Positions 26,414-41,814 of a stretch of DNA of 64,000 bases are shown piece by piece. The notes under the pieces are model-generated. The model was not told the origin of the DNA. It saw only the letters and a program-made list of their open reading frames with translations, and searched no databases. A program made the position numbers and the translations under genes. Origin of the DNA: the human T2T-CHM13v2.0 reference genome, Homo sapiens; assembly GCF_009914755.1 (NCBI RefSeq), contig NC_060928.1. One strand, given 5' to 3'. How positions within the stretch are numbered: the first letter of the stretch is position 1; every line of letters starts with the position of its first letter.

Positions 26414-27536
26414 GTATTTACGGGAATATTAAGAAAGCTCAGGCAATTGTAAATAGAATATCTAATAGGAGAAATTGAAGAAATTAGTATTTTTAATTTT
26501 GGGTAGAGGGGTATAGAATTGGTGGAGTAAGATGTTTTTGCAGAACAATATCCTTATTCTCTGTAGACATTTGTGAACACCTGACAAAAGACTTTCTACC
26601 TAGAAGCTCCTGAGTGAAAGTCCAAAAACCTAGAAATAGGCTTTTGGCATTTTAGAAAACTATTTCTGCTTTTCTTTATAGTCAGTGCCCCAGTGTCCTA
26701 GTATGCTAGGCCTTGTGATAATTTTCCTCAGTTTATAATTTCTAGGTAACATTGCCTCATTCTTTTGGCCCTCAGTGTTGTACTTTCTAGCTGAACTGGC
26801 CATTTTCGAATTTGATGTTCTTTTCCATATCTTTATTCCATCATAATTTTAGATATGCAAACATTTATTTCTTAGTCGGTGCCTCTCTAGACTGCTGCAC
26901 TCTCATTTAAAAATGCATTTCATAGAGCTGCTTCTCCTAATCTGTTTCTTCTGTTTTAGTTTTCGTTTCCTCAGATCTTGATTTTTTTTTTTCTCTTCTT
27001 GCCTTGGGTGCCAACTCAGAAGTCGCCAAAATACAGTGTTTGCAGAAGGGATGGATAAGACATTATATTCCATACACTTGAATTCTGCTCCTGGTTTGTC
27101 AGTAGTAAGTCGTTAGTCCTTGTCTTGAGGGCCCACATCCATATTTGGTCCACAATGGCAGTTACTGTTGTTAGGTGTGAAAAAGATAGATTTTTTTTTT
27201 CCTAAATATATTCCCTCAGACTGAGCAAGGTCAAAAGCTCTTCTTTTCTTTTCCTTTTTGTTTGTTTACATAGTCTCCTGAGAGCCTCCCACGTTTTGCT
27301 TCTGGGTAGTGTCATTCACAAATTCAAAACCTAAGTGGAACCTCTTCTCTTAGCTAGTTGCTGTAATAATGCATAGAATTCTTGATTCAAGTAGGTGCCC
27401 AGTCAACCCTACTTGACTCAGTGTAGGCCTCCTTAGACCAAGGTGAAACAGTTCGTATGTGTAGAGCCTAGAAAAGGCTTTTTGAAAAAGTTAACATAAT
27501 TCCACAGCTTTCCCTCTTACCCTGATGATGGCTTCC

Positions 27537-27850
<314 letters not shown>

Positions 27851-30800
27851 GACAGTTTCCTTTTCTATGAAAGCCTAATATAAGCCATGTATGGTTCCTC
27901 CATCAGAAACCATATTGTCTTCCTCTATTGTGTATGCAGGAATCCTATTTTTGAACATCTTAGCAAATTTCTCTCATGTGAAATTGAGACTTACTTGCCA
28001 ATAGTTAAAACAATATTCTTTGCAAACCTTCTTATGGCTATTAGTCACCTTAATCATCCTTCAGACCTTTCAATTATTGAGGCCTTGATATGATCGCTTA
28101 CAGAAAAGAGGTTAGCCTTTAAATTCTTCTGGAACTCAGGTAGGTAGTATTAAGTGCTGATAATTTACCATCATTCATTTTAGAATATTACTTATTCTAA
28201 TAGTTCCTTAGACCCATCTGCTTAAAATATTTAAAACTAGGACCCTCCTTAAGCTTTTCTAAGAATGCTTAGAGAAGACAGAGGCAAATAATCCATTTAA
28301 AATGAGGCATTGCACATCCTGCTGAGACCATCTGGTGTCTAGGGAAGTGGTGGGGGTGGGGGAGCCATGTTGCTCCCCTGAACTGTCAGAACTCCGCCCT
28401 GCAGCATCTTGAGCTCAGACTTAGGCCAGGACTCAGGGGCCTGGCAAGGTTCCTGAGGATGTAGGATTTCCTCATCCTCAGGATGAGGGGAGTTTGGAAA
28501 CCTCTTAACAGTTCTTTCATATTCCAGGATCTGGAATTAATTGTGGACTTATCCTTCCTAAATTGAGGAGTGCAGAGTCCTCTCCCCAACCCTGGATATG
28601 GCAGAATGATTTAGCAATATGGCTTTCGTGGTTTTTGTCTTTAATTATCTATTGAATACTAACACTTGGGAAGGAAAACTTAAAAAATATATAACCTCAA
28701 AGCTATGGAATGAATGACATAGATCGTGTTCTTTTCCAGAAAGCAGGAGGAGAGAATCCCTTGCTTATTTATTTCATTCTTGTCATTGTGAGCCCTAAAA
28801 ATGGAATACTGACTATTGGACTTTGAGATATTGTGGACTGGCTAATGGACTGCTAGTTTTGTCAGCTCCTTATAGAATGTGTGCTAATCCTGTCAAGCTG
28901 TTCTGAAGAGCTCAACTACATATTTTGTATTAAGAAGTCTAGTAAATTAGGTGTTAATTGAAATCCAGAAAGTGAAGCAAGGTGGTGTTTATCTTACTCA
29001 GCTCTTCTCTTGCCACTTACATTTAGAGTTTAAGCTAAAACAAATGCTATCCATTGTATTTTTTAAAAGAACTTCTTTGAATGATAGTAATTTTAAAAAG
29101 TTGAAATCATATATTAAATGGGTCAGAAGTGCTCTAAATATATTATTTTTTCCCAATCAAAATCTAGTTTTATGTATTGGTATGCTACTTGAAGCATTCA
29201 ACTCAGTGTTTAAAAAAGACTTCAACAGTTTTTAACACACCATACCATTTTACAAGTCAGGGGAGTTGTTACGGAGGTGGAGATAAAAGCCATATATTTA
29301 CTCTCAGCATTTTAAATATTCTGTGTTGTTGAGTTTTCCATTGACGACATTTAATTTGTGTGATGAGGGAGGCAGAGATGGAGGGGTAAAAGGGTGAAAT
29401 AGTTCCCTCATTCCTTACATTTCTCATCTATGTTAAACTGTCAGCACATGGATTGTGTACCACAGAGCCACCTCTGGTAGCTCCTGGCCGGGTTGCTGCT
29501 GTAAGTGTCTTCTGAGCTCTCTTCTTTGCCTCTGAGTGTATTTGAAGAGTTTATTGGGATAATCTCAGTTTCTTGCTAAGTGTTGGAAACCACCTTGGCA
29601 TTAGCTCAGTTGATTGACCATCCAGAAAAGATGGAACTTTGTTCCTCTGCCCTATTCTTTTCAGAGCACAAATACCTAATAGTTGAGGCTTATGGTATTT
29701 TGTGTTTCGTATTCAGATTAAAGATAATTAAGTATATGCCTCATTGCATAGAAGTTAAGATCTTTCAAATATCCCCGGGAGAAACACCATGAATAATTAG
29801 GAAACACCAAATGGAGAATATTAAAGAAGGGAATGAGTCCTCACCTATCTCAAGTACCTCGCATATCTAGGAAGTCTCTTCATGGCTCACATCATAACAT
29901 AGTTTACATTTTTGCATTAAAAAATCTAGAGCCTCCTGTCTTCACCATATCCCCATCAATTAACATTATCCCTCCTTCTGGATACGTGAGGAAAACAGGC
30001 AAGTGGTGAGGGCTTGAACCTGAGTTTCTATATTTCTGATGACTTTCCTTTTTCAAATTTCTCACACTTGGCTCTGCAGTGAGACTGTCAATTTACATGG
30101 TGGTGGACATCCATCCGTTGTGATTTCTTTGTTGAGAATGCCTCTTGCTTTTAGTGTTCTTGCGTTTTTATAAGCCACGTACTGTATTGTCAGAGTAAGA
30201 CCAGTGTTTTCTAATCACATGGAGTTTAGTGCAGGGCCTCCTCCTTCTTGAGAGCATTCTCGTAGTGTGAGAAGTTACGAGTGAAATACCTACTTATGGA
30301 TGAAACAAACAAAAATGCAAATGACTAATTTTAATAGGATTAGAGACATGTTTGAGGGTGAATAGTGTAGGGGAGACAATGCTGTATGTAGCCTCAAGTA
30401 TATGCATTGTGACAGCAGGCTTTCCATGTCCATTAAGACAGGGGCTGGGTTGGATGTGGGTAGAATTTAGTCATGAGTGCCCTGCTGCTGGCACAGGCTC
30501 TGACATTTTGTATGGTAACATGTTGTTTCACACTTTAAATTTACTCGGAGTATTCATTGAATTCATGATTATGAGCCCATACAGAGTGCAAGAACATCCT
30601 TTCAAATGCAGGTGAAAAAAATTCAGGAAAGTGGTTTACAGTGTACACTATGTATGTAAATTATGTGTGAATGCCTTTGAGAAAACAAATATGCTGTGTG
30701 AAGTTACTTAAATAACTTCACCTTTTTCAATCCTAACTTGTCTAAAAGCCTAAGGTCAAATGCTTGAAAACTCCTAGAGATAATAGGATCAAATAAACTG

Positions 30801-31131
30801 CTTGGAACTCTGGCCTGGTTTCCTAAGAGGAGGAAGTCTGGCAAATTCAAAATATATACCGTATGTAATATTTACTATACGGGTATTATAATTTTTTTGA
30901 AGAAAACATATTATTATTTAGCAAATTATCATATTTTCTAGGATGAAGAATTCCTGCTTGTACTTGTTTCCTAACAAGTGGTAGAATAAAATCTGGTAAA
31001 ACAGGCTTCTCATTTTTTTCTTGCCTCTTTCTTTTCTACCTAAGACCTAGTGGAAAATTTTCTTTTATATATGTATATTCTTTAGTCCCAAGAGAAGAAA
31101 TAGTATATAACTAAACCTGAATGCAGTGTAG

Positions 31132-31520
<389 letters not shown>

Positions 31521-31696
31521 TGAACTCCTGACCAAGAGTTAACACACAGAAAGAAGATACGTGTTCGAGGATGAAAATAGTTACAGTAAGAACAGATGAA
31601 CTAGTGACCAAGAGTTAACGCACAGAAAGAAGATATTGATTATAGGATATACTTCCAGTTTGTTCCAGGATGAAAATAGTTGTAGTAAGAACAGAT
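31521..31696. repeat. Diverged tandem duplication (76-bp and 100-bp copies)
   Basis: TGAACT..TGACCAAGAGTTAAC.CACAGAAAGAAGATA...GGATGAAAATAGTT..AGTAAGAACAGA present twice. Confidence 0.92.
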
Positions 31697-32004
31697 CTCT
31701 GGCATATACAATGGAACTCAGAAGTAGCATGGGGCTTCATACACAAAACTGTATGCTTCAAAAACAAGTGTCCTATATTAAATCTTGTTCTTGTATTGAA
31801 TGGCACGTGTAGCTGAGTGTTTTAAGTTAACTTTGTTAATATCTCCCAGTGATAGAATCAGATTTTGAATTCAAAACTCTGGACTCCATGAGCTGCCATG
31901 GTCTGCCTTTCATTTCCTTTCTTTTTTTATGTGGGTACTTTTTTGCAAATTGGAGTTGGTTTAAAAATTATTTTTTCAGGTTTCAAGGAGGCAGAATAAT
32001 GATC

Positions 32005-32200
32005 TATTAAAAATGTGGGCTTTGGAGTGAGAGGGCCATGAGTTCTAATACTAAACCCCCCACATAATAACCATGTGTGGCTTTCAGCAAGTTATTTAAC
32101 CTCATTACATTTCTGTTTTTTGAGCTATAAAATAAAGGTGATATTATAATCCTCATGATGTTGTTATAAGAATTAATTGTAAAGTACACATCGCTTTTTC
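32005..32200 (+). mobile_element. MIR
   Basis: gggctttggagt...caagttatttaacctc...ctataaaataaaggtgatattataatcctcatgatgttgttataagaattaa. Confidence 0.7.
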
Positions 32201-33061
32201 TGGAACATAACAAACACTGTATTATTTTATCCACAGTAGTATAAATATATAAGATGTGGAGGATTTTTAATCACAACTACTTATTTGTGGAGAGATGATC
32301 TTTATGAAATCATTTGTGGGATAAATGTCTTTGTTTCTTCCCATGCGTAAAAACATTTCATATCTCAAGTCCTCTGAACTTTTCAATTGAGAAGATAAAT
32401 CCCCCCAATAGACCTTGTTTTAAAAGATACCAGAGGCAACCGATAGAAACATTTTCCGTATGTTGTTCTCTTGGCTATTTGCTCATATGCCTAATACACT
32501 CAAAATATATTGACAATTTTCAATTCACGTTGACTAAAGTGTGAATAGAGTCTTGGCTATATATATAGTCTTTCGGTAATTTCTGGTTCAGATTTTGTTT
32601 GCCATCTGGATCAATTTGAAGAGCTTAGATATTCACAATCTATGTTTACACAGAGCTAAGTTTGAGCACATGGCTCTAAACTACAAATATTCATTAATTC
32701 ATTAAACAATTTTTGAACATTCTTATGAAGGAAACATAGATTTACCCGAGGGATTTACAGAAGTATGCCTCACCTAGTATAGTCTTCACATTGCCATTTG
32801 CAGGTAGATGATTGCTCATGTGTAAATAGTTGTTTATGTATTAATCACATAATTGCATGCTAAGTTATTTTAATTTAGCATTTGAAAATAGATACTATTA
32901 TAAATTATGGTAATCTGAATATGTGTTCTTATACATTTTTGCTGGATTTTTCTTTACTCAAGATAAATGAAGATTAATATAATATTAATATAATGCTTTG
33001 TGGGGAGCACTGCAACTTTTAAGTAAGTACTTTGTAGGCTTTGTTATTTGGCAGTGGACTA

Positions 33062-33577
<516 letters not shown>

Positions 33578-35146
33578 TTACCGGGTTCACTTTTTCTACA
33601 TTTATAGGTCAGTAGAAGCAAAAATAAACAGTAAAATGAATGAGGTGAATCTTTATTCTTTTTACTTCTCCTGTTCTACTGTGATTTTGAAAAGTAAATA
33701 TAAGTTTTGCTTTTTAAAGAATAACCGTATCTGGGTAGTGGTATGAAAACTGGAAAACAAACTAGACTGGTAGTCAAGAAATGGAAACTCCAGTACTGGC
33801 TCTATGGCTGTATTTGTGTTGCCCTCAGGACATCCTTTGGTTTTCCTGGGCCTCAGCCTCTGAGGCTTGGAAATCTCTAAGGCTGTTCGAGGCCTAAAGC
33901 AATCTGAATCCTGGTGTCTCTGACATCAGAAGCAAGAGCTCCTCTCAAGTGGTACCAAGAAGTTGCAGTGCCAGGGGGCATATGCTGTACACCGAGAGGA
34001 AGGGGAAGGTGTTCACACCTCTCCTGGGGTCACTCTTGCTAAACCCTCAGGTTTCTGACGGTTTTGTTCATATCATGGCAGCCACCATAGGCCCTGAAGT
34101 AGGCCATGCAATTTCATGACTTGTCTGCCAGAATTAGCCCCGAAAGCAATCAATGCCTAAATTTCCCTCCCTCTTCCTATCTCATTACTTCTGAAAACAA
34201 ACAAACAAACAAACAAAAAACTACCAAAGAGTAGCAAGGTATGTGAGAATAGCAGATATCTTACGTGTGTATCAGAGCATGTTAGTGTCACATTACCATC
34301 AGAATTGAAGGTTGTTCAGTCGGATGTTTTTTCACAGGAAAAAAATGGATTGGTATATTGGGATGAGGGAAAGCCTATTCTGTCAAGTTTGAGGTCAGTG
34401 TTCATAATGGAGAGAAGAAGAACTATAGGCAACAAAACTACAGGAAAATTGTTCTGGCTGAAAGCATTTTACCAAGTACATGACATGTTAACAGATATAT
34501 CCTTATATTAATTAATTACTTGAATATATCCTTGAAAATATACTTCTGCTTGCCACAATTGGATGTTGTTATTTATCTTCATAAAATTCAGCTCCACAAA
34601 CCTTTAATTTTTCTTAAAGTGTCTAGTAAGGAACTATTCTTGTTAACTCATTTTATGTATTTTTTTTGATGAGTTTAAATTTTCAAATCATCGCCAAAGC
34701 AAGTTTCACTTTTGTGGCTTTTATAATAGTAAGAAGGAAGTCCAGTAGAAATCAATAAATGAATCTAGGTAGTGTAATTGAATTAAAAGAGCACTGGATA
34801 TTCTGTAGGAGACTTAGGTGCAAGTGTTGGCTGTTTTGTTTAATTATATTATCTTGGTCTACCTACAAGTGCTTCAGAGCTTAAGTTCACACATTTGTAA
34901 TGTGGGGATAGTGATCCCTAGTCTATGAAACATGTAATGATTACATGTGTAAGGTCTTAGTAAACTATGATGCACTGTACAGATTTAAATTAATACAAGC
35001 ACTATTTTGTATATGATATGTTTCAGGAATATGCCTGGGGGGTACACAAATAAGATGTGTTCTCTTCCTAAAAGGATTTCAAAATCTGCTAGAAAAAAAG
35101 TAACAAATACTTTAACTATCAATATAAAAATGCAGTAAACAAAGTA

Positions 35147-35444
35147 CAGTCTCCCTTGGTATTCATGGGGGATTAGTTCCAGCACCCCTCCAGGTAGCAA
35201 AATCTGAGAATGCACTAGTCCTATATATAAAATGGCATAGTATTTGAATATAAACCATTCAATCCTCTCATATGTTTGAAATCATCCCTAGATTCCATAT
35301 AACACTTAATACAATATAAATGCTATGAGAATAGTAATACTGTATTTTTAAAATTCATATTTTTTAACCATTGCATTTATTTATTTATTTTGGAATATTT
35401 TCCATCTGTAGTTGGTTGAATCTGTGGATATGGAGGGCTGACTG
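35147..35444. mobile_element. MER2 (TcMar-Tigger MITE)
   Basis: TIRs CAGTCTCCCTTGGTATTCA ... TGGATATGGAGGGCTGACTG, preceded by TA. Confidence 0.85.
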
Positions 35445-35449
35445 TTCTA

Positions 35450-36180
35450 TGGTAGCACAGAGGAGGGAATGCATTAATTATGCATCTCAGGGAAGGTGAC
35501 ATTTAAGCTGGATCTTGAAGTCCTGTGATTTTCTTCCTGGAGAAAAGATGGGGCAAAACTTTAGAGTCAAATAACTAAGATAAAAGTTGAAGCTGTGAAA
35601 GTTCTTGAATTTTATGAAAATACAGGAAGTGGCAAATGGTCTAACATGGACAGAGCAAAGGATGTGTAAGAGTTAATGCTTTGGCAATAAATGATTCTGA
35701 AAAATAGTGTAAAGGGATCTTTAGAGCCCAGGGTGTGACCTTGATCCTGTTGGCAATGAGAAGTGAGCTTACTGAAAATCTAAAGCAGATCATTGGCTTG
35801 ATTATAGTCATATGTTATAAAGATATGTTAGGAGGTAAAGAGTGAGCTGGTGTAGTTGGTGGAAGAAGTAATGAGAAAGTGGGAGGAGGGAGGCTTGTTA
35901 GGTTATAGTAGAAGTAGAGGCAAGCACTGGATGAGTGCTTGCATTTGCACCGTGTCAGTAGCCACAGAAAAGAGGGATTGGAGGTAAGAGACCAGTGACC
36001 AGCTGGATGGCTTTGGGGTGAAGGTCAAGAAAGTAAAAGAAAAGAAAAGAAAAGGAGGAGTCAAAGATGACTTCATGGCTTCATACTTTAGTGACTGGAT
36101 AGACAGTGATACAGATGAGCAAAGTATTAAACAATAAAAAGCTAAGTTTGTGTTTTGTAAAGCAATTGAATTTGGTTTTG
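35450..36180 (-). mobile_element. L2 LINE fragments
   Basis: Purine-rich degenerate L2 text (ggaaggtgacatttaagctggatcttgaag; gagtcaaagatgacttc). Confidence 0.55.
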
Positions 36181-36249
36181 AGAACCCTTTGACTTGCATA
36201 CAATCCTTTATTTGGTATCACAGGTCCCCTCATGTTGTTGTTTTTCAGG

Positions 36250-37150
36250 CGTATATTGGTTAAATTTGGACTTTGTATGCCATATTAACTTTGAAATCAA
36301 CTTGTCAAGCCTCAACATTTACATTTTGATTGCCATGGCATTGAATCTATGGATTATTTTAAAGAGAATTGTTTTTATAATATTGAACATTCTAATCCAT
36401 TAACATGGTATATATCTGTATTTGTTTAGGCCTCCTTAAATACTGTTTAATATTTAATATTTTTATCTGTAATTTGTGCCTGCTTTTGATATAGATTTAT
36501 TCATATATTTTTATTTTTTGATGATATAATGTAGCTTTAAAAAATTATTGTTAAGACCAGTTGTTGCTATTATGCAGAAATGTGTTTGATTTTTTATATT
36601 TTTACTTTATTCCAACATTCTTGACAGTCTTGTACGTTTTAATAATTTATATGTATATTCTTCATATAGGCAATCAGATTATCTGCAAATAAACGTGGTT
36701 TTATTTCTTCCTTTATAGTCCCTCTGTTTTTAATTTAATTTAATTATTTTTTTGCTGTGCTGACAGCCTCCCAGTGTTGCACAGAAGTGCTGACTGAGGG
36801 CTAGCTTGCTCTGTTCTTAATTTTAAAGGGAATGCTTTCAATTATTTACCAATTATTCTATTTGGTATTTTTTTAAACATAGGCACTTTTTATCAAATTA
36901 GGAATTCTGTGTTTACTAAAAATGATATAATTATCCTTATTTCACCATTTAAAGTGGTAAATTAGAATAATTAATTTACTAATATTAACCTACCTTGCAT
37001 TCCTGGGATGAAGACAATTTAGGCATAGTCTATTCCTTTTTTTACATCTCTGGATGCAGTTTATTGTTACTTTGTTTCTGTGTTTATCAGTTTAATTGAC
37101 TTAAATCTCTCCTCATTCTACTCTTCCTGTTGGGTTTTATTTGTTCCTTT
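36250..37150 (-). mobile_element. Old L1M(E) ORF2 fragment
   Basis: ttttgattgccatggcattgaatctatgg, tctgcaaata and ccttgcattcctgggatgaa are L1 ORF2 antisense signatures. Confidence 0.7.
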
Positions 37151-38513
37151 AATACACTGGAAAATTTTTTTTTTTTTTGCCTCCGTAACAGCACAAGATC
37201 ACTTTAAACTAAATTCTCTGCTTGAGTGTATTAGGCTTCTGTCATAATGTCAATTCAGAATGCAGACCTATTACCTATTTTGGGTATGGTTCTTGCTTAT
37301 GTGGTCTCAGAAGATATTTGTTTTTCTCCCCTCTACTTAGTTTCAAGCTTCCAGAAAATTCTCGTGTGCAAGTACCTGGGGTGGTATGAGTTTAATTTTC
37401 ATTCTTCCTTATACTTAGAAGCCCCAGATGTGGGAATCCCTGATTTTGGAGGGATTATTGTATTACACTTTCCAGCCTGGGTGGGCCTTGCCCTATGTCT
37501 TCTATCCTTAAAGCCCTAGGAGACATCAAAATTCAATGGTCATGCCAACAAATTTTGGCAAATGCCCTCAGTTGAAAGCTGGTTTTAGTCCTCTGCTTAT
37601 CTCTCTGGATTCTCTCATTCACTCAGTGATGAATATATTTCACTCTTCTGTCATCTATTGATACATTCAGGGCTTTAAAAAATACTTTATCTAGCATATT
37701 GAGTTATGCAGGAAGCTCAGCGCCAGTACCTAGTCTGTCATTGTGACAGAAACAGCAGTCATTAACATGGACTTTTAAATGTTAAACATCATCAGGGCAC
37801 TTTGTTACAGAACTTAGATGTTATGATGATTAAATGGCTTTATTTGAAACTCATTTATCGTTATATATCAAATATAACCCTAAGGTCCTCTCTGAAAATA
37901 TATCAGATATCTAATTTGCTTAACATGGGGATTTTATAATAATCAAACTACTATTTGTTTAAGCTGACTTTTGAGGATATTCATTCAGTCCTGTGCATGT
38001 GTGATAAATCCAGAAGTTTTTTGAATTATTTGTAAACATTTCATTGTAAGGGTAAAAATTTTTGTACCTTTCACTTGAAAAGATTCAATTCAGATTTCTT
38101 GGGAGAAGAACATCCAAATGTAACTCAAACTACCTATTGTGATTTGCAGAGGAAAGACAGTGTTTGCGTAAAGTGGTATCACAAGTTACCTGTACTGACT
38201 TGCTGCCTTCAGGCAGATTTGATTATTCTTTAACTTTGTGGAACAGCTAAGTAGGATTATGCTTTTCTTTGTCAGTGAGGTGGATTGGAAATATGTTTCT
38301 GCATCTTTTGATGCTTAGGTGATACTTATTGCATTCTGTTTTATTGATATTAATAGAGAAGCAGCTCACCATCATCAGTCATTTCAGTTTTTTGAAAACA
38401 ATTAATAAGGTTTCCATTTTTTCTTTATTTAAAATAAGTTGAATTGATTTACATTGTTGTGTGGTTATTAAAACTTTTAATAATACAACTTTGACCTCAA
38501 TTAATGTTTACAG

Positions 38514-40899
38514 TCTATTAGTCTGTTCTCATGCTGCTAGTAAAGACCTACCCAAGACTGAATAACTTATAAAGGAAAGAGGTTTAATTGACTCACAGTT
38601 CATTCAGTATGGCTGGGGAGGCCTCAGGACACTAACAGTCATGGCGGAAGGGGAAGCAAACACATCCTTCTTCACATGGCAGCAGCAAGGAGAAGTCCAG
38701 AGCAAAAGGGAGAAGGCCCCTTATAAAACCATTAGGTCTCATGAGAACTCACTATCATGAGAACAGCACGGAGGTAACTGCCCCCATGATTCAATTAACT
38801 CTCACCATGTCCCTCTCATGACATGTGGGGATTATGAGAACTACAATTCAAGATGAGATTTGGGTGTGGACACAGCCAAACCATATCATTCTGCCACTGG
38901 CCCCTCCAAAATCTCATCTTCACATTTCAAAACACAATCATGCTTTCCTAATAGTCCCCCAAAGTCTTAACTCATTCCATCATTAACTCAAAAGTCCACA
39001 TTCCAAAGTCTTATCTGAGATAAGTCCCTTCTGCCTATCAGCCTGTGAAATCAAAAGCAAGTTAGTTACTTCCTAAATATGGTGAGGGCTCAGGCATTGA
39101 GTGAATACACCACTTCCAAATGGGAGAAATTAGCCAAAACATAGGGGCTATACGCCCCATGCAACTCTGGAATCAAGTGGGGCAGTCAAATCTTATAGCT
39201 CTGAAATGATCTCCTTTGACTACCTGTCTCACATCCAAATCACACTGACACAAGAGGTGGGCTCCCATGGCCTTGGGCAGCTCTGCCTCTATGGCTTTGC
39301 TGGGTACAGCTTCTCTCCTGGCTGCCTTAATGGGCTGGCATTGAGTGTCTGCACCTTTTCTAGGCACAAGGTGAAAGCTGTCAGTGGATTTACCATTCTG
39401 GGGTCTGGGGACTCTCTTCTCACAGTTCCACTAGTCAGTGCCCCAGTGGGGACTCTGTGTGGGTGTTCTGACCCTACATTTTCCTTCCATACTGCCCTAG
39501 CAGAGGTTCTCCATGAGGGCTCTGCCCCTGCAGCACACCTCTGCCTGGACATCCAGGCACTTCCATACATCTCTGAAATCTAGGCAGAGGTTCCCAGACC
39601 TCAGTTCTTGACTTCTGTGCACCCCCAGGCACACCACCACATATAAGCCACCAAAGCTTGGAGGTTGCACCCTCTGAAGCAATGGCCTGAGCTGCATATT
39701 TTTCCCTTTTAGCCACGGTTCAGATGCAAGTCACTAAGTGTTGAGACGCACAGAGCAGGAAGACCCAGGGCCTGGCCTGTGAAACCATTTTTTCCTCCCA
39801 AGCCTTCTGGCTTGTGATGGGAGGGGCTGCCATGAAGACCTCTGACATGCCCTGGAGACATTTTCCCCATTGTCTTGGAGATTGACATTTGGCTCCTTGT
39901 TACTTATGCAAATTTCTTCAGCTGGATTGAATTTCTCCTCAGAAAGTGGGTTTTCTTTTTCTATATCATCATCAGGCTATAAATTCTCCAAACTTTTATG
40001 CTCTGCTTTTATTTTAAACATAAGTTCCAATTCCAAGCCATATCTTTGTGAATGAATAAAACTGAGTGCTTTTAAGAGCACTCAAGTCACTTCTTGAATG
40101 CTTTGCTGCTTAGAAATTTCTTCCATCAGATACCCTAAATCATTTCTCTGAGGTTCAAAGTTCCACAGATCTCTAGGCTGGGGGCAAAATGCCACCAGCC
40201 TCCTTGTTATAGCATAGCAACAATCACCTTCACTCCAGCCCAATAAGTTTCTCATCTCCATCTGAGATCAACTCAGCCTGGACTTCATTGTCCATATGGC
40301 TATCAGTATTTTGGTCAAAACCATTCAACGAGTCTCTAGGAAGTTCCAAACTTTCCCACATCTTCCTGTCTTCTGAGCCCTCCAAGTCTCTAAGAGTTTC
40401 TAAATTTTCCCACATTTTCCTATCTTCTTCTGAGCCTTCCAACTTCTGCCAGTTACCCAGTTCCAAAGTTGTTTCCACATTTCCAGGTATCTTTACAGCA
40501 GTAACTCACTCTACAAGTACCAATTTACTGTATTAGTCCTCATGCTGCTAAGAAAGACAAACCTGAGACTGGGTAATTTGTAAAGGAAAGAGGTTTAATT
40601 GACTCACTGTTCAGCATGGCTGAGGAAGCCTCAGGAAGCCTACAATCACGGTGGAATGGGAAGCAAACACATCCTTCTTCAAATGGCGGCAGCACGGAGA
40701 AGTGCAGAGTGAAGCAGGGGGAAAACCCCTTGTAAAACTATCACAGCTCATGGGAACTCATTATCATGAAAACAGCATGGATGTTACTGCTCCCATGATT
40801 CAATTACTTCCCACCGGTCCCTGCAATGACACATGGGGATTATGAGAACAACAACAATTCAAGATGAGATTTGGGTGGGGACACAACCAAACCATGTCA
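38514..40899 (-). mobile_element. Full-length THE1C-like MaLR provirus (LTR 38514-38888, internal 38889-40528, LTR 40529-40899)
   Basis: Two ~370-bp direct repeats (tattagtc...atgctgcta...gggaagcaaacacatccttcttc...gagatttgggtg.ggacaca.ccaaaccat.tca) flanking ~1.64 kb of THE1 internal sequence. Confidence 0.93.
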
Positions 40900-41814
40900 A
40901 CACTCATTCAAAATTTCCTCTAATAACTTTCAGTTACAGGGCCTCAAAGGAAATCTTATGCTTCAATTTATGGCAATGTACCTTTTAAAGGACTGTTAGA
41001 GATTATAACCCCAAATTCGTCATGTAAGAGGCACCATAATGCTTTTCTGAAGTCATAAGCCAATTCCAATTATCATGCTTGACTTGTATGTATGAATAGA
41101 GATGCCCTACAAGGTGCCATTCACTAATTAATTGTGGCTTCCTGAAAATATGCCATTAATGTTTTTTTTGAGTTAAGCATTGATCCCTTTATGCCTCTTT
41201 TCTTTTAAAATTCAAGTACTCTTTTCTGAATAACTATTAATTCATTAATCTGAAAATCAGGAAAGTGAAAGATCAGGCCCATTTCATAAATGTGCTAAGA
41301 ACATATTCACTAGGAAGGCAGGAAAGCAACCCTGAGAATTATTCTAAACTACTTCACATGTTTGTTTTGGGACAGCTTATAGTCTGAGCACCTCAGTGAC
41401 TCTCTTACCCTTTAAACTCTTGCATTCCTTATATTGAAGCCTTTGTATTATGTTCATTCTTTGTTAGCCTTTATCTGGTTACAGAGTTTTTTTTCTGTAA
41501 AGAAATTATTCTGACCTTATATTGGATTTCATTTTCAAGATGGTAGCTATTTCCCTCAATGCCATTTTTTGATGTAAATCCAAACTGTGCTTGCACTGAG
41601 TCATTAATGACTGCATGTAAGTCAGCACTGACCATTTGAGTGAGACTATCACTCTATAGGCACATTACCTCCCAAAGAATGATGATAATTTTTAAACTCT
41701 ATCTTTAGTAAGGATTTGTAATTGAGTGTTTGCTACTTAAAGATATTTGGTCCAAATTGAGTTATTATATTTCTTGATATAGGACTACATAAAATCTTAA
41801 CAAATCCAAGCAAT

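Noticed and set aside
33962-33985. CTCF-like motif GTGCCAGGGGGCAT
   Set aside because: It lacks the conserved 5' CC of the core. A single weak match is not supportable without ChIP data.
39173-40536. ORFs in the THE1 internal region, and a ~54-bp tandem duplication at ~40330-40440
   Set aside because: These are fragments of the decayed MaLR internal ORF. I recall the duplication as common in THE1 internal sequences, so it is probably not locus-specific (unverified).
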